A stretch of DNA of 63,891 nucleotides, filler included, from Thermodesulfobacteriota bacterium (GCA_036381125.1; 7 parts of 7 records of this genome joined end to end with filler, not necessarily neighbours in it), one strand, 5' to 3'; positions 42,430 to 54,303 are shown, counted from the whole stretch's first letter. The notes: generated from the letters alone by a model not told the origin. Numbers and translations: made by a program.

Positions 42430-42516
42430 AGGCTCCCAGGGTGTGCCTGACGTCGGCATAGCGCGGGCGGTCCGGCGGGAGGCCACGCGAGGCCTCCCGC
42501 CGGGCCCGGCCGCGGG

Positions 42517-43770
<1,254 letters not shown>

Positions 43771-43792
43771 CTGGCGTTCGCCTCCCGGATAG

Positions 43793-44455
<663 letters not shown>

Positions 44456-44582
44456 GTGCCCCTTCTTGTTGGCCTTTGACGACGCCTACCCGGGTCCTCT
44501 TCGAACCCGGGGGCGCGGATAGTATCGCACTTCTCCCGCAGAGGGTAGAAGAAAGCCGCCGGTAGCAAGGCGAGCGACACGA

Positions 44583-45866
44583 TTACCGGGCACCGGCCCT
44601 CGCCACCAGGAACTCGAGCGTCTTCTCCTCGAGGAGCGAGGCCCGCAGGTCCTCCAGCCGGCCGCTCGCCTCGAGCCTCCGGCGGAGGCTCTCCGGGGTC
44701 TGCTTGCCCCCCTCGGCCAGCCGGGCGATGCGGGCGTCGAGTTCCCCGTCGTCCACGGCCAGCCCCTCCTGCCGCGCCACCGCCTCCAGGACGAGGCCGG
44801 CGTGCACCTGCCGGCGCGCCCGCTCCCGGGCCTCGGCGGCCAGGCGCTCGGGATCGACCCGAACCCTCGAGAGATCGAGCCCCTGGTGCTGCATGCGGTG
44901 CTGCCACTCCCGGATCAGGGCGCGCGCCTGGTCCTCGACCAGGGCCGGCGGGATCTCGACCGGGTTGCGCTCGAGGAGGGCGTCGAGGAGCGCCTCCCGG
45001 GCCGCCGCCTGCCTGCGCTCGGTCTCCTCGGCCACGTAGGCGTCGCGGATCGCGGCCCGCAACGCCTCGAGCGAGTCGAAGCTCCCGACATCCTTGGCAA
45101 ATTCGTCGTCGAGCGCCGGCAGGACCTTCTCCTTGAGGTCCTTCACGGTGACCGTGAAGCCGGCCGACTTGCCGGAGAGGGAGGGCTCCCGGTAGTCCTC
45201 GGGGAAGGTCAGCGTGAAGGACTTCGTCTCCCCCACCGACACCCCCTCGAGCGCCTCCTCGAAGCCGGGGATGAACCGATCCGAGCCCAGCTCCACCTGC
45301 ACATCGGTGCCCGTCATGTCGGGCCGCTTCGCGCCGTCGACCTCGCCCTCGAAGTCCACCGTGAGGGTGTCGCCCTTGCGGGCCGGCCTCGGCTCGGCCG
45401 GCGTGCGGAGCTGGGCGTGGACCTCGCGCAACCGCTCGAGGCGGCTCTGGATCTCCCCCTCGTCCGGCGTGACCGTCGTGTCCGGCATGGGGAGGCCGAC
45501 GTAGTCCCTGGCCTGGACCTCCGGCTTCACCTCGAGGATGGCCGTGTACGCGAAGTCCTTCCCCTGCTCGAGCGACGCCTGCTCGATGACCGGCGTGGCC
45601 ACCGGCGTGACCCGGTGCTCGGTGACCGCCGCCGACAGCGAGTCCTGGATCAGCCGGGAGGCGACCTCCTGCTCGACCCGCTCCTTGTAATAGCGCTCGA
45701 GGATCGGCCGGGGGACCTTGCCCTGGCGGAAGCCCTTGAGCCGGACCTCCTTCCTGAGCCCCTCGTAGGCGCGGTCGATGGCGGCGTCGACGCGGTCCTT
45801 CGGGACCTCGACGCTGAAGCGCCTGCGGATCGGGCTGAGCGACTCGACCTGGACCTTGGCGGACAT
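44583..45866 (-). CDS. tig: Trigger factor
   Basis: GFRQGKVP, FIPGFEE, FPEDY, LDDEFAK. Confidence 0.96.
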   Translation of the reverse strand: MSAKVQVESLSPIRRRFSVEVPKDRVDAAIDRAYEGLRKEVRLKGFRQGKVPRPILERYYKERVEQEVASRLIQDSLSAAVTEHRVTPVATPVIEQASLEQGKDFAYTAILEVKPEVQARDYVGLPMPDTTVTPDEGEIQSRLERLREVHAQLRTPAEPRPARKGDTLTVDFEGEVDGAKRPDMTGTDVQVELGSDRFIPGFEEALEGVSVGETKSFTLTFPEDYREPSLSGKSAGFTVTVKDLKEKVLPALDDEFAKDVGSFDSLEALRAAIRDAYVAEETERRQAAAREALLDALLERNPVEIPPALVEDQARALIREWQHRMQHQGLDLSRVRVDPERLAAEARERARRQVHAGLVLEAVARQEGLAVDDGELDARIARLAEGGKQTPESLRRRLEASGRLEDLRASLLEEKTLEFLVARAGAR

Positions 45867-45941
45867 CAGGGACTCGCGAGCGGCGCGGGAACCCCCGCGC
45901 TCGGTGTTGGGGTTGGCAACAGCAACCTGGTCGGACGCGTC

Positions 45942-45970
45942 ATGGTACCAGAGGCGGCCGGCCCGATCAA
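45942..45970 (-). promoter_or_regulatory. Sigma70-type promoter of tig
   Basis: TTGATC-N17-TACCAT. Confidence 0.55.
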
Positions 45971-46434
45971 AGTGCCCGAAAATAAAACCGTTTCTCGGCG
46001 CCGACCGGCCGGTGCCGGGGCCGCGCGTCCCCCGGGCGGATCACGCGGCCGACAACGCCGCCGCTGGCTCGCCCATCGAGCCGCCCCCAGGACGAGGGGC
46101 GGACCGGCCGGATGCGGACGCCTCCCCCTTGTGACGGTGGGGCGCGTGTGCGGGACTCCCCCGCGATGGCTTTTCCTCGAGAACGCGACGGACGACAGCG
46201 CTCGATCTGGGTTCCGCCGAGCCCGGCCGCCGCTCGCCGAGAGCTGTCCCGGGCAGCCGGCCCGGCGATCGGTCCGCGGCCCGCCCGGCCCCGCGCGACC
46301 GGAAGGCCGCCCCGGTCCCCTCGACGCGTCGACTTCGCGTTCTTGCGCAAAAGAGGCGACGCCCGAAGCCCCCGCGTCCCGGGCGTCCGTCCCAACGTTC
46401 GAGAGCGGTCGGTGAGCGGCGAGAGGGACTGCGA

Positions 46435-47310
46435 ATGGCTTCGGGGCTCGGCGAGGAGGCGGTTCGGTTCTCTCGTCCTGTGGATCTGCCCGGCGTCGAG
46501 GTGGCGCTGGGGACGACCCGCATGGCCTGGCGCTGGTTTCACCAGACGTACACGGTCGCCACGATCTTCGCCGGCGGCTGCGAGTGGGCCTACCGGGGCG
46601 CCGCGCACCGCGCCGGGCCCGGCAGCTTGATGCTGAGGGAGCCGGGCGAGGTCCACGTCGAGCAGCCTCCGCGGCCGAGCGCGACCTTCGCGACCGTCTT
46701 CCTCGACCCCTCCGTCGTGGAACGGGCGATGCGGGAGTCGTCATCGGGACCCGCGGCGCCGCACCTCGTGCGGGCGCAGGTGTCCGACCCGGTCCTCTTC
46801 GACGCCTTCACCCGGCTCCACGGCGCCCTGGAGACGTCGGCCACCAGGCTCGAGCGCCAGTCGCGGCTCGCCGCCTGCGTGCAGCTCCTCCTCGGCCGTC
46901 ATGCCGAGCGCGGCCCGACGGGCGGCGCCGAAGGCCGCGAACGGGCGGCCGTGCGGCGCGTGCGCGAGTACCTCCACGAGCGGTACGCGGACAACGTGTC
47001 GCTGGACGAGCTGGCGGCGATCGCGGGCCTCGGCCGCTTCACGCTGGCGACGGCCTTCCGACGGGAGGTCGGTCTGCCGCCGCACGCCTACCACCTGCAG
47101 GTGCGCGTGGCGGCGGCGCGGCGCCTGCTCGCCGGCGGCATGTCGGCCGTGCGGGTCGCGACGACCGTCGGCTTCGCCGACCAGGCGCACATGATTCGCC
47201 ACTTCCGGCGGGCGATCGGTATCACGCCAGGGGCGTACGCCGATGCCGCGCGCGGCCGGGAGTCCCCCATGCCGCAGGCCGGGTCGATCCCCGCGCTCCT
47301 GGCCGGGTAG
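46435..47310 (+). CDS. AraC family transcriptional regulator
   Basis: N-terminal cupin-like (PGEVH), VSLDELA..FRREVGLPPHAY, GFADQAH..F. Confidence 0.92.
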   Translation: MASGLGEEAVRFSRPVDLPGVEVALGTTRMAWRWFHQTYTVATIFAGGCEWAYRGAAHRAGPGSLMLREPGEVHVEQPPRPSATFATVFLDPSVVERAMRESSSGPAAPHLVRAQVSDPVLFDAFTRLHGALETSATRLERQSRLAACVQLLLGRHAERGPTGGAEGRERAAVRRVREYLHERYADNVSLDELAAIAGLGRFTLATAFRREVGLPPHAYHLQVRVAAARRLLAGGMSAVRVATTVGFADQAHMIRHFRRAIGITPGAYADAARGRESPMPQAGSIPALLAG

Positions 47311-47511
47311 CCCCGGGGCCGATCCGACCGCGCCGCCGGCTGGTGGACGCCCGCCGTTCTCGTCCCCGCAACCCGGCTCACGCCGACACCGGCCGCGGCG
47401 ACACGCCGGGGACGACCCGCACCGCGAGGCAGGGGTCGACGAACCCGCGCCGAGGGTACGTACCGCCGGCCGGCGTCCGGGCCGCGCGTACGGACGCCTC
47501 GCACCCGGCGT

Positions 47512-47745
47512 CTAGGGTGACGGCGGCGCGGGCGCTCCACGGCCCAGGGCCGGCCGATGCGAGTCCGGGGGCAGGCGGCCGGTCAAGCTCCACGGACCCG
47601 TCCCGAGCGCCGCACCCTCGGGCGTGGGAGTACGGTCGTCGCGGTCCGGCGTCCCGCTCCGCCCGTGGGAGCCGGTGGTGGAACAGCCGGCCAGGCCGCC
47701 CGAGACGACCAGGCCGACGGCGAGCACAAGACCCAGTACCTTCAT
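47512..47745 (-). CDS. Small putative lipoprotein
   Basis: GAGGA RBS; MKVLGLVLAVGLVVSGGLAGC lipobox. Confidence 0.5.
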   Translation of the reverse strand: MKVLGLVLAVGLVVSGGLAGCSTTGSHGRSGTPDRDDRTPTPEGAALGTGPWSLTGRLPPDSHRPALGRGAPAPPSP

Positions 47746-48340
47746 GGCGTCCTCATCAATGGCGGCGCCGGACCTCCCGCCCCCACAGTCGCTTCGCCGG
47801 CACCGCCGTACGGCGCACGGTTCAGCGTGGAACGAGCGCGGCTTCGCGGCGAAACGTGCCGAGGACCTGACCGATCGGGCACCGATCGTCGCGTGCCGTG
47901 TTCTTGCGGAAAGGACGCCTCGCCTGCGCCCGCGCGTCCCGCGCGACGTCCCAAGGGGAGAGGGATGCGAAGCGATGCGACGACGGCCCCGTCGCCGGGA
48001 GCCGGACGGTGCGGCGCCTGGCAGCGCCCCGTCCGCGTTGACCGGCGGGATCCCCTCGGGCACGCACCGGCCGGCGGCCGCGCCGGAGACGACCAGACCG
48101 ACCACCGCCGCGAGAGCCAGCGTCTTCACCGTGTGCGTCTCCGAAACGCGCGACGGCCGGGCCCCCCGAAGGGCCCGGCCGCCGCCCGCGCCTCGTCGCA
48201 CCGGCTCAGTGTCCGCCGTCGAAGGGCGGCCGCTCACTGTTCGGGTAGGGCACGATCCTCGCGCCGCTGTTCGACGAGGGCGCGGCGCCCATGCCGCTCT
48301 GCCCCGTCGCCCGCCCCTCCTGCGCGGGCGGGGTGGCGCG

Positions 48341-48440
48341 NNNNNNNNNNNNNNNNNNNNNNNNNNNNNNNNNNNNNNNNNNNNTTAATTAATTAANNNN
48401 NNNNNNNNNNNNNNNNNNNNNNNNNNNNNNNNNNNNNNNN
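48341..48440. other. Artificial contig spacer
   Basis: N run with linker. Confidence 0.99.
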
Positions 48441-48642
48441 CGTGCCGGAGTACCGCGAGTCGACGATCGACGAGACAGGGCTCGCCGAGGCGGAGGCGAC
48501 GCTCCGCGCGAGCATCGCGGCCATGCGCGCCCGCATGGCCGATCCGGCCGCCGACCTCGCGGACGTGGCCGACTTCCCCGCCATCGAGTCGGGGGAGCGC
48601 TGTACTGTCTGCCCCTTCCGGCGCCCCTGCCGCGGGGCCTGA
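48441..48642 (+). CDS. C-terminus of PD-(D/E)XK nuclease (AddB/Cas4-like Fe-S tail), 5' truncated
   Basis: FP....CTVCPFRRPC terminal motif. Confidence 0.65.
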
Positions 48643-48649
48643 TCGTCCC

Positions 48650-49081
48650 CTACCCGGCTCGCCGGGCCGGGACCTCCTCGGTCCCGACGAACGCCCGCTC
48701 GAGGGCCGAGCCGTCGAAGAGACGCTCGAGAACCTCCTCGCGCAGCGTCCCTGCCGCGTCGAGGCCGATCAGGTCCGACGCGGCCACGCCGGGCCGGCCG
48801 GCTTGCAGGGCCGCCTCGAGCCGGGCCCGCACCTCGGCCCGCGGCAGGTCGTAGAAGACCCTGAGCGCCCGCGCCAGGGGGGCGCCCCGCAGGGGTGCTC
48901 GATGATCGGGTGACGGGATGTAGCGGATTGCCGTGACCACGCGGTGAGCCTCCTCGTCGTCCGGAGGGACGCCGACAACGCGACGGTGCGGGGAACGCGG
49001 GTAGACCGTGCTCCCGGTCACGAATCTGGCCCACACACCCGAAATGAGGACGACTCTACACCGATCGATCGACCGGGGCAA
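48650..49081 (-). CDS. Hypothetical protein (start uncertain)
   Basis: ORF with protein-like composition in C-terminal ~100 aa. Confidence 0.4.
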   Translation of the reverse strand: MPRSIDRCRVVLISGVWARFVTGSTVYPRSPHRRVVGVPPDDEEAHRVVTAIRYIPSPDHRAPLRGAPLARALRVFYDLPRAEVRARLEAALQAGRPGVAASDLIGLDAAGTLREEVLERLFDGSALERAFVGTEEVPARRAG

Positions 49082-49099
49082 CAGGGGAAGGACGGCTCC

Positions 49100-49549
49100 T
49101 CAGTCCTTTCCCCGTTCCGTCGGCGAGAGGACGACCAGCCCCACCCCTCCGAGGATGACGGCCAGGTTGAGGAGCACGGAGAGCCGATGGCCGGCGTCGC
49201 GAGCGGCCGTGTCTCCGGCCAGGCGGGCGGCCCTCACTTCCGGCAGCACCACCAGCCCGGCGTAGGCCGAGACGGCGAGCATGAGGGCGAGGACCGCGGC
49301 CCGCCAGCGCGCGGCGGGGCCGAAGGCGCGGGCGAGCGCCGCCAGGCCGAGCGTGGCCGCGAGCGCAAGGCCGCCGGCGACCCACCCGGTGGCGTAGTAG
49401 ACGGGGAAGAGCGCAGCGACCGCGCGCGCCGCCTCGTCGCGCGGCAGCGTCGCGAAGATCCTCGGGGCGGCGGCGAAGGAGAAGAAGACGAGCGTGCCGA
49501 CCCAGACCGTCAGCGTGAGCCGGTAGATCGCGCGCAGGACGCCGTGCAT
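49100..49549 (-). CDS. DUF4149/TMEM205-like membrane protein
   Basis: WVG..FFSF.AAP.IF.TL, LFPVYY, HRLSV.LN. Confidence 0.8.
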   Translation of the reverse strand: MHGVLRAIYRLTLTVWVGTLVFFSFAAAPRIFATLPRDEAARAVAALFPVYYATGWVAGGLALAATLGLAALARAFGPAARWRAAVLALMLAVSAYAGLVVLPEVRAARLAGDTAARDAGHRLSVLLNLAVILGGVGLVVLSPTERGKD

Positions 49550-49556
49550 GGCGCGC

Positions 49557-50558
49557 TCACGCCAGCGCCGCGACGATCGCGTCGGTCATGGCGCGCGTGC
49601 CGGCGGTGCCGCCGAGGTCCGGGGTGACCGCGCTCCGCGCGGCGATGACCCGGTGAACGGCCGCCTCGATCCGCTCGGCCGCCCGGGTCTCGCCGAGGTG
49701 ACGGAGCATGAGGGCCGCCGACAGGATGATCGCCGTCGGGTTCGCCCGGTCCTGACCCGCGATGTCGGGCGCGCTGCCGTGGACCGCCTCGAAGAGCGCG
49801 CAGTCGTCGCCGAGGTTCGCCCCGGGGACGACGCCGAGGCCGCCCGCCAGCCCCGCGCAGAGGTCGGACAGGACGTCGCCGTAGAAGTTCTCCATGACGA
49901 GCACGTCGAAGCGCATCGGGTTCATGACGAGCTGCATCGCGCAGTTGTCGATGATGATCTCGTCGTAGGCGATCTCCGGGTAGCGGGACGCCACCTGGCG
50001 GCAGCAGTCGAGGAAGAGGCCGTCGGCGAGCTTCATGATGTTGGCCTTGTGCACGGCCGTGACCTTCCGGCGCCCGTGCGTGCGCGCGTACTCGAAGGCG
50101 TAGGTCGCGATCCGCCTGGTGGCCCGCTCGGTGATGACCTTGAGCGAGGCGACGACGCCCGGCACGATCGTGTGCTCGAGCCCGGCGTAGAGGCCCTCGG
50201 TGTTCTCCCGCACGACGACGATGTCGACGCCGGCGAACTGCGGCCTGAGTTCCGGGATCACCCGCGTCGGCCTGAGGCCCGCGTAGAGGTCGAGCGACTT
50301 GCGCAGCGTGACGTTGGCGCTGGTGAAGCCCTTGCCGATCGGCGTGGTGATGGGACCCTTGATGCCGACGCGGTTCGTGCGGAGCGACTCGAGGAGCGCC
50401 GCCGGGACCACCTCGCCGGTCGACTCGAGGGCCGCCGTCCCGGCGAGCTGGCGGTCCCACTCGACGTCCACGCCCGACGCGGCGACCACGCGAGTCATCG
50501 CCTCGCAGATCTCGGGTCCGATGCCGTCCCCCGGCAAGAGGGTGATGCGATACGTCAC
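49557..50558 (-). CDS. NAD-dependent isocitrate dehydrogenase / isopropylmalate dehydrogenase family
   Basis: PGDGIGPE, SANVTLRK, RENTEGLY, HKANIMK, FEAVHGSAPDIAG. Confidence 0.92.
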   Translation of the reverse strand: MTYRITLLPGDGIGPEICEAMTRVVAASGVDVEWDRQLAGTAALESTGEVVPAALLESLRTNRVGIKGPITTPIGKGFTSANVTLRKSLDLYAGLRPTRVIPELRPQFAGVDIVVVRENTEGLYAGLEHTIVPGVVASLKVITERATRRIATYAFEYARTHGRRKVTAVHKANIMKLADGLFLDCCRQVASRYPEIAYDEIIIDNCAMQLVMNPMRFDVLVMENFYGDVLSDLCAGLAGGLGVVPGANLGDDCALFEAVHGSAPDIAGQDRANPTAIILSAALMLRHLGETRAAERIEAAVHRVIAARSAVTPDLGGTAGTRAMTDAIVAALA

Positions 50559-50627
50559 GCTCGGGCGCCTCCGAAAAGGGTCGCGGTCCGCTGCCGGGCG
50601 GGCATTCTAACACCACCGACTCGCGCC

Positions 50628-50642
50628 CGGCACGAGCCTTGC
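50628..50642 (+). promoter_or_regulatory. Sigma54 promoter of the small lipoprotein
   Basis: CGGCAC-GAGCC-TTGC. Confidence 0.6.
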
Positions 50643-50681
50643 CTCGTACGCGGGTGACGGCTCGTCCGGAGGATTGGCAGA

Positions 50682-50924
50682 GTGACCGATCATCGACTGG
50701 TGTTGACGACGCGCCTCGCGGCGGCCATCGCGGCCGCCGCGCTGGTGCTCGCGCTCGGCGGGTGCGAGAAGGGCCCGGGGGAGCGCATCGGCGAGAAGGT
50801 GGACGAGGTGACCGGCAACCGGAGCGGCGCCGAGCGCGCCGGCGACGAGCTCGAGGACGCCGCGAGCAAGACCCGCGGCGCGGCCGAGGAGGCCGGGCGC
50901 GGCGCCAAGGACGCCGTGAACTGA
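50682..50924 (+). CDS. Small lipoprotein (stress-type)
   Basis: LALGGC lipobox, GPGERIGEKVDE..GAERAGDELED. Confidence 0.75.
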   Translation: MTDHRLVLTTRLAAAIAAAALVLALGGCEKGPGERIGEKVDEVTGNRSGAERAGDELEDAASKTRGAAEEAGRGAKDAVN

Positions 50925-51013
50925 CGGGCCGGGCGTCGCGTTCGAGCCGCCACGGGCTCCCCCGCCCCGCGCAGGCAACCGGCCCGGTCGCGCTCCACGG
51001 TCGGCCCTGCGCG

Positions 51014-51670
51014 TCACCCCTGCTGCACGTCGAGCGTCAGGATGAAGTCGCCGACCGCCTGGGTCACGCGGCGCAGCCGGTCGCGCACCGCCACGGTCTC
51101 GAGGAGCCGCTGCCGCTCGGCCACGTCGGGGACCGCCACCGAGGCGATCACGTCGACGAGCAGGCCGGGATCCCTCGCCCGCGTCACGAACCTCGTCAGG
51201 TCCTCGCTCGCCCCCGGCAGCTCCGCCGCGAGCCGCAGGTAGCAGAGCTTGAGCGTCGTCAGCTCTCGCTCGAGCCCGCCCGGCCCCTCGGGCGGGTACT
51301 CGTCCTCGAGGATCCGCCCGTGCACGACCCGGTAGGGCGTGTCCGTCGCCAGCTCCTCCTCGATCGCCACGCGCGCGACCCCCTTGAGGGCGATGTTGAA
51401 CCGGCCGTCGGGGAGCCGTTCGTCGTGCACGATCACCCCCGCGCCGACCACGCCGTGGACCTCGGGCTGCCGGCCCCCGCCTCTGCCCGGCTTGAGGAGG
51501 GCCATGGCGAGCACTCGCGGCCCGGACAGGCAATCGGCCACCATCCGCCGGTAGCGCGGCTCGAAGATGTGCAGCGGGAGCACCATGTTGGGGAACAGCA
51601 CGGTCTCCGGCAGCGGGAAGATCGGCAAGCGGTCCACGGTGCTCGCGACGCGCGTGAGCGCTTCGTCCAT
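51014..51670 (-). CDS. LON peptidase substrate-binding domain protein
   Basis: LPIFPLP..VLFP..LPLHIFEPRY, LPDGRF. Confidence 0.9.
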   Translation of the reverse strand: MDEALTRVASTVDRLPIFPLPETVLFPNMVLPLHIFEPRYRRMVADCLSGPRVLAMALLKPGRGGGRQPEVHGVVGAGVIVHDERLPDGRFNIALKGVARVAIEEELATDTPYRVVHGRILEDEYPPEGPGGLERELTTLKLCYLRLAAELPGASEDLTRFVTRARDPGLLVDVIASVAVPDVAERQRLLETVAVRDRLRRVTQAVGDFILTLDVQQG

Positions 51671-51735
51671 GCAGACAGCCTACATCCCGCCCGGGGCCGT
51701 GACAAACAGGCCCGCCGCGCTACGATCTCCCGGTC

Positions 51736-51963
51736 ATGGGCCAGCCGGGCGACGCGGCCCCCTCGAAGGGCAAGCGGTACAGCCAGTACTTCCGCAGCGC
51801 GGGCAACATGCTCCAGCGCGGCCGCCTCGAGGAGGCCGTCGGCGTGCTCGAGCGGGGCGCCGCGCTCGCCCGCGAGCAGGGCGACGCCGACTTCGCCGCC
51901 CTCTTCGAGGCCGAGGCGGCGCTGCGGCGCGCGGAGCTGGCCGAGAGGGGAGATCGGGGATGA
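51736..51963 (+). CDS. Small hypothetical (TPR-like helical) protein
   Basis: 75 aa, ATGA-coupled to next gene. Confidence 0.6.
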   Translation: MGQPGDAAPSKGKRYSQYFRSAGNMLQRGRLEEAVGVLERGAALAREQGDADFAALFEAEAALRRAELAERGDRG

Positions 51964-52559
51964 TCACGGGGACGCTGGCCAGCAAGGCGTTCAAGGAGTG
52001 GGCGGTCGTCTGCCAGGCGCTCGCCGCCGGCCGCCAGGTGCTCCTCCTCCGCAAGGGCGGCATCCACGAGGCGAAGGGGCGCTTCCCGACCGAGTTCCGG
52101 CGGTTCTTCCTCCAGCCGACCTACGAGCACCAGAACACCGCCGAGCTCAAGCCCGAGGCCCACGCCGACCTCGCGCGCCTCGCCGCGGCCGCGCCGGCCG
52201 AGGGCCGCATCCGCATCGACGGCTACGCCACGGTCGAGGAGGTGATCGTGGCCGAGAGCCGGGAGCAGCTCGCGCGCCTCGAGGCCGAGCACGTCTGGAG
52301 CCCCGCGTACATCGACATGCGGCTCGGGTGGAAGCCGGAGCGTCCCCTCTACCTCATGCTCCTCCGCTACTACCGGACGCCCGAGGCGCTCGAGTTGCCG
52401 CTGCGCAAGGCGTACGGCGGCTGCCGGTCGTTCATCGACCTCGATCCCGAGGACCTCCCGGCCGACCTCGCGGCGCGCCTCGCGCGTGGGCTCGTCCCCG
52501 CCCTGGACGACGAGACGTTCCGGGCGCGCGTGGCCCGCATCCTCGACCTCGCGCGGTAG
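51960..52559 (+). CDS. DUF1802 family protein
   Basis: AFKEWAVVC.AL..G.Q.LLLRKGGIHE, PTYEHQ, YGGCRS. Confidence 0.9.
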   Translation: MITGTLASKAFKEWAVVCQALAAGRQVLLLRKGGIHEAKGRFPTEFRRFFLQPTYEHQNTAELKPEAHADLARLAAAAPAEGRIRIDGYATVEEVIVAESREQLARLEAEHVWSPAYIDMRLGWKPERPLYLMLLRYYRTPEALELPLRKAYGGCRSFIDLDPEDLPADLAARLARGLVPALDDETFRARVARILDLAR

Positions 52560-52582
52560 CCCCGCCGGAGGCCGGCGGCGAG

Positions 52583-52604
52583 CCGACTCGCCGCGGCGAG
52601 TCGG
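52583..52604. terminator. Palindromic hairpin between convergent genes
   Basis: CCGACTCGCCGCGGCGAGTCGG perfect palindrome. Confidence 0.5.
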
Positions 52605-52609
52605 CCCGG

Positions 52610-52718
52610 TCAGACCTCGGCGATCGGAATCCCGAGACGCCGGGCCGCCTCGAGGAGCCGGTGATCGTACGACGCGAGGCGCACCGTCTGTCCCTGGGCG
52701 CGCAGGAAGTCCATGGAC
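52610..52718 (-). CDS. C-terminus of PIN-domain (VapC-like) protein, 5' truncated
   Basis: Hand translation SMDFLRAQGQTVRLASYDHRLLEAARRLGIPIAEV*. Confidence 0.65.
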
Positions 52719-52818
52719 NNNNNNNNNNNNNNNNNNNNNNNNNNNNNNNNNNNNNNNNNNNNTTAATTAATTAANNNNNNNNNNNNNNNNNNNNNNNNNN
52801 NNNNNNNNNNNNNNNNNN
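52719..52818. other. Artificial contig spacer
   Basis: N run with linker. Confidence 0.99.
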
Positions 52819-53209
52819 CGGGGTGCATCGGGCAGGTCCACTCGGTGCGCGTGACCGGCGCGGCCGGCGCGACCGGCTCGAGCGCCATGCCGCACCTGGG
52901 GCAGGAACCGGGCCCGACCTGCCGCACCTCCGGGTGCATCGGGCAGGTATACTCGGCGCCGCCGGCCTCCCGTCCGCCGGCGGGAGGCGTCGCCTCGTGC
53001 GCGCCCTCCCTGGCCCCGGGGGTCCCGTCGGCGAAGCGGCGCGGGTCGGTCCGAAACGCGTCGAGGCAACTCCGGCTGCAGAAGTGGTAGGTCCGCCCCT
53101 CGAACGTCTCCGACCCGACGGCGTCCTCGGGGCTGATCGTCATCCCGCAGACCGGGTCGACCACGGTCTCGGGCGAGTGGCGATGACGGGCCGTCGCCGC
53201 GTCGCTCAT
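52819..53209 (-). CDS. Heavy-metal (Cu/Ag) P-type ATPase N-terminus (YHS + heavy-metal binding domains), truncated
   Basis: AGGAGG RBS; DPVCGM, YHFCS..C, YTCPMHPEV..CPRCGMALEP, WTCPMHP. Confidence 0.85.
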
Positions 53210-53226
53210 GTCGTCGACCTCCTCAT

Positions 53227-53300
53227 CCCCTCCCCCATGGGAGGGGCGTTGGCACTCTACGACGACCCGGGAGCGGCTGTCAATCCCTTCCCCCCCGGGA
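53227..53300 (-). promoter_or_regulatory. Promoter with flanking C/G-tract inverted repeats
   Basis: TTGACA-N18-TAGAGT; CCCCTCCC..GGGAGGGG downstream and a similar repeat next to the -35. Confidence 0.5.
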
Positions 53301-53949
53301 GGGGTTTCCTCTCCTGGACGGGAACCGGCGCAGGCGCGCGGACCCGGCCCGGTGTCGGGAGGTACGAAAGCGGTGCCGCCGCGGGGGTAACGGTGCGGAC
53401 GATGCGGAACGGCGGGAACGTGGTGATGCGGGGACTGCTGCTCGGGGCCGGATCCCGTCGGGCGATCGACCTCGCGGCGGGTCAAGGGCTGGTCCATGGT
53501 GGCCGCCGTCTCGAGACGACAGTCGAGGGGCCGGCCTGGGGACGCGGCCTCGGCGGGCCCCGTGGAGGACGCGATCCCCGCCAACAGGACCGCCGGCACG
53601 ACCACGAGCGGGAGGCGCATCTTTTCGCTTCATTCGCCCGGCGGCCCACCAGGCAAGCGGCAAGGCCCCGCCATGGCCTGGCGCCTCCCGGGCCCCTGAA
53701 GGCCCCCGTCGCGCCGCGGAACGCCCGCACGCGGCCCGGGGCCCGCCGCAGGGCCCTTGCCGCCAGGCCGGCCGCTCACCCGAGCATCATGAGGGGATCG
53801 AGATGACGGCGATCGAGCGCCGCGCTCGGCCGACTCTCGCCGTGCGGCGGGCCGCCGATCGCACGGAGCGCGACCGTCGCCGCGCCGAACAGGGCTCGGC
53901 CGAGGGGCGCCGCCGCAATCCTCTGTGGTTATCTGTGGTTACAGGCGGT

Positions 53950-54032
53950 TGGTGCGAGAGGTGGGACTCGAACCCACAAGGTTTCCCACCAGATTCTAAG
54001 TCTGGCGCGTCTACCAGTTCCGCCACTCTCGC
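53950..54032 (-). tRNA. tRNA-Leu(TAG)
   Basis: GCGAGAGTGGCGGAACTGGTAGACGCG CCAGA CTTAGAA TCTGG variable arm GTTCGAGTC..CCA. Confidence 0.95.
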
Positions 54033-54303
54033 ACGCAGGTGGTCGAGACTCCTGGCTGCATCGACTGCTCGATTTCTAGCACGGGCGTCGCGGCATCGAT
54101 AGAGGCTCGCGCCGGCCCGTGGGCGAGCCGTCGGGTCGTTCCGCCCGATGGCTTGTCGACAAGCGGCCCCGGGGAAAGCGCTTGACAATGTCCGGTCCTG
54201 TCGCCAATCTGTAGCCGCAAATCATCGAAAGGACAAGGGAATCATCCCGCGGCGCCTGCCCGGCGCCCTCCGGTGCACCGGTCGGCCGGCTCGAGGAGGT
54301 CCC

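Noticed and set aside
48441-48642. Cas4 indicating a CRISPR locus
   Set aside because: The CxxCxxxxxC tail is shared by many PD-(D/E)XK nucleases; no cas genes or array nearby, and the gene is truncated.
53210-53620. Long N-terminal extension of the metal ATPase with a signal peptide
   Set aside because: A strong RBS and promoter precede ATG 53209; the upstream open frame is probably fortuitous or a remnant.
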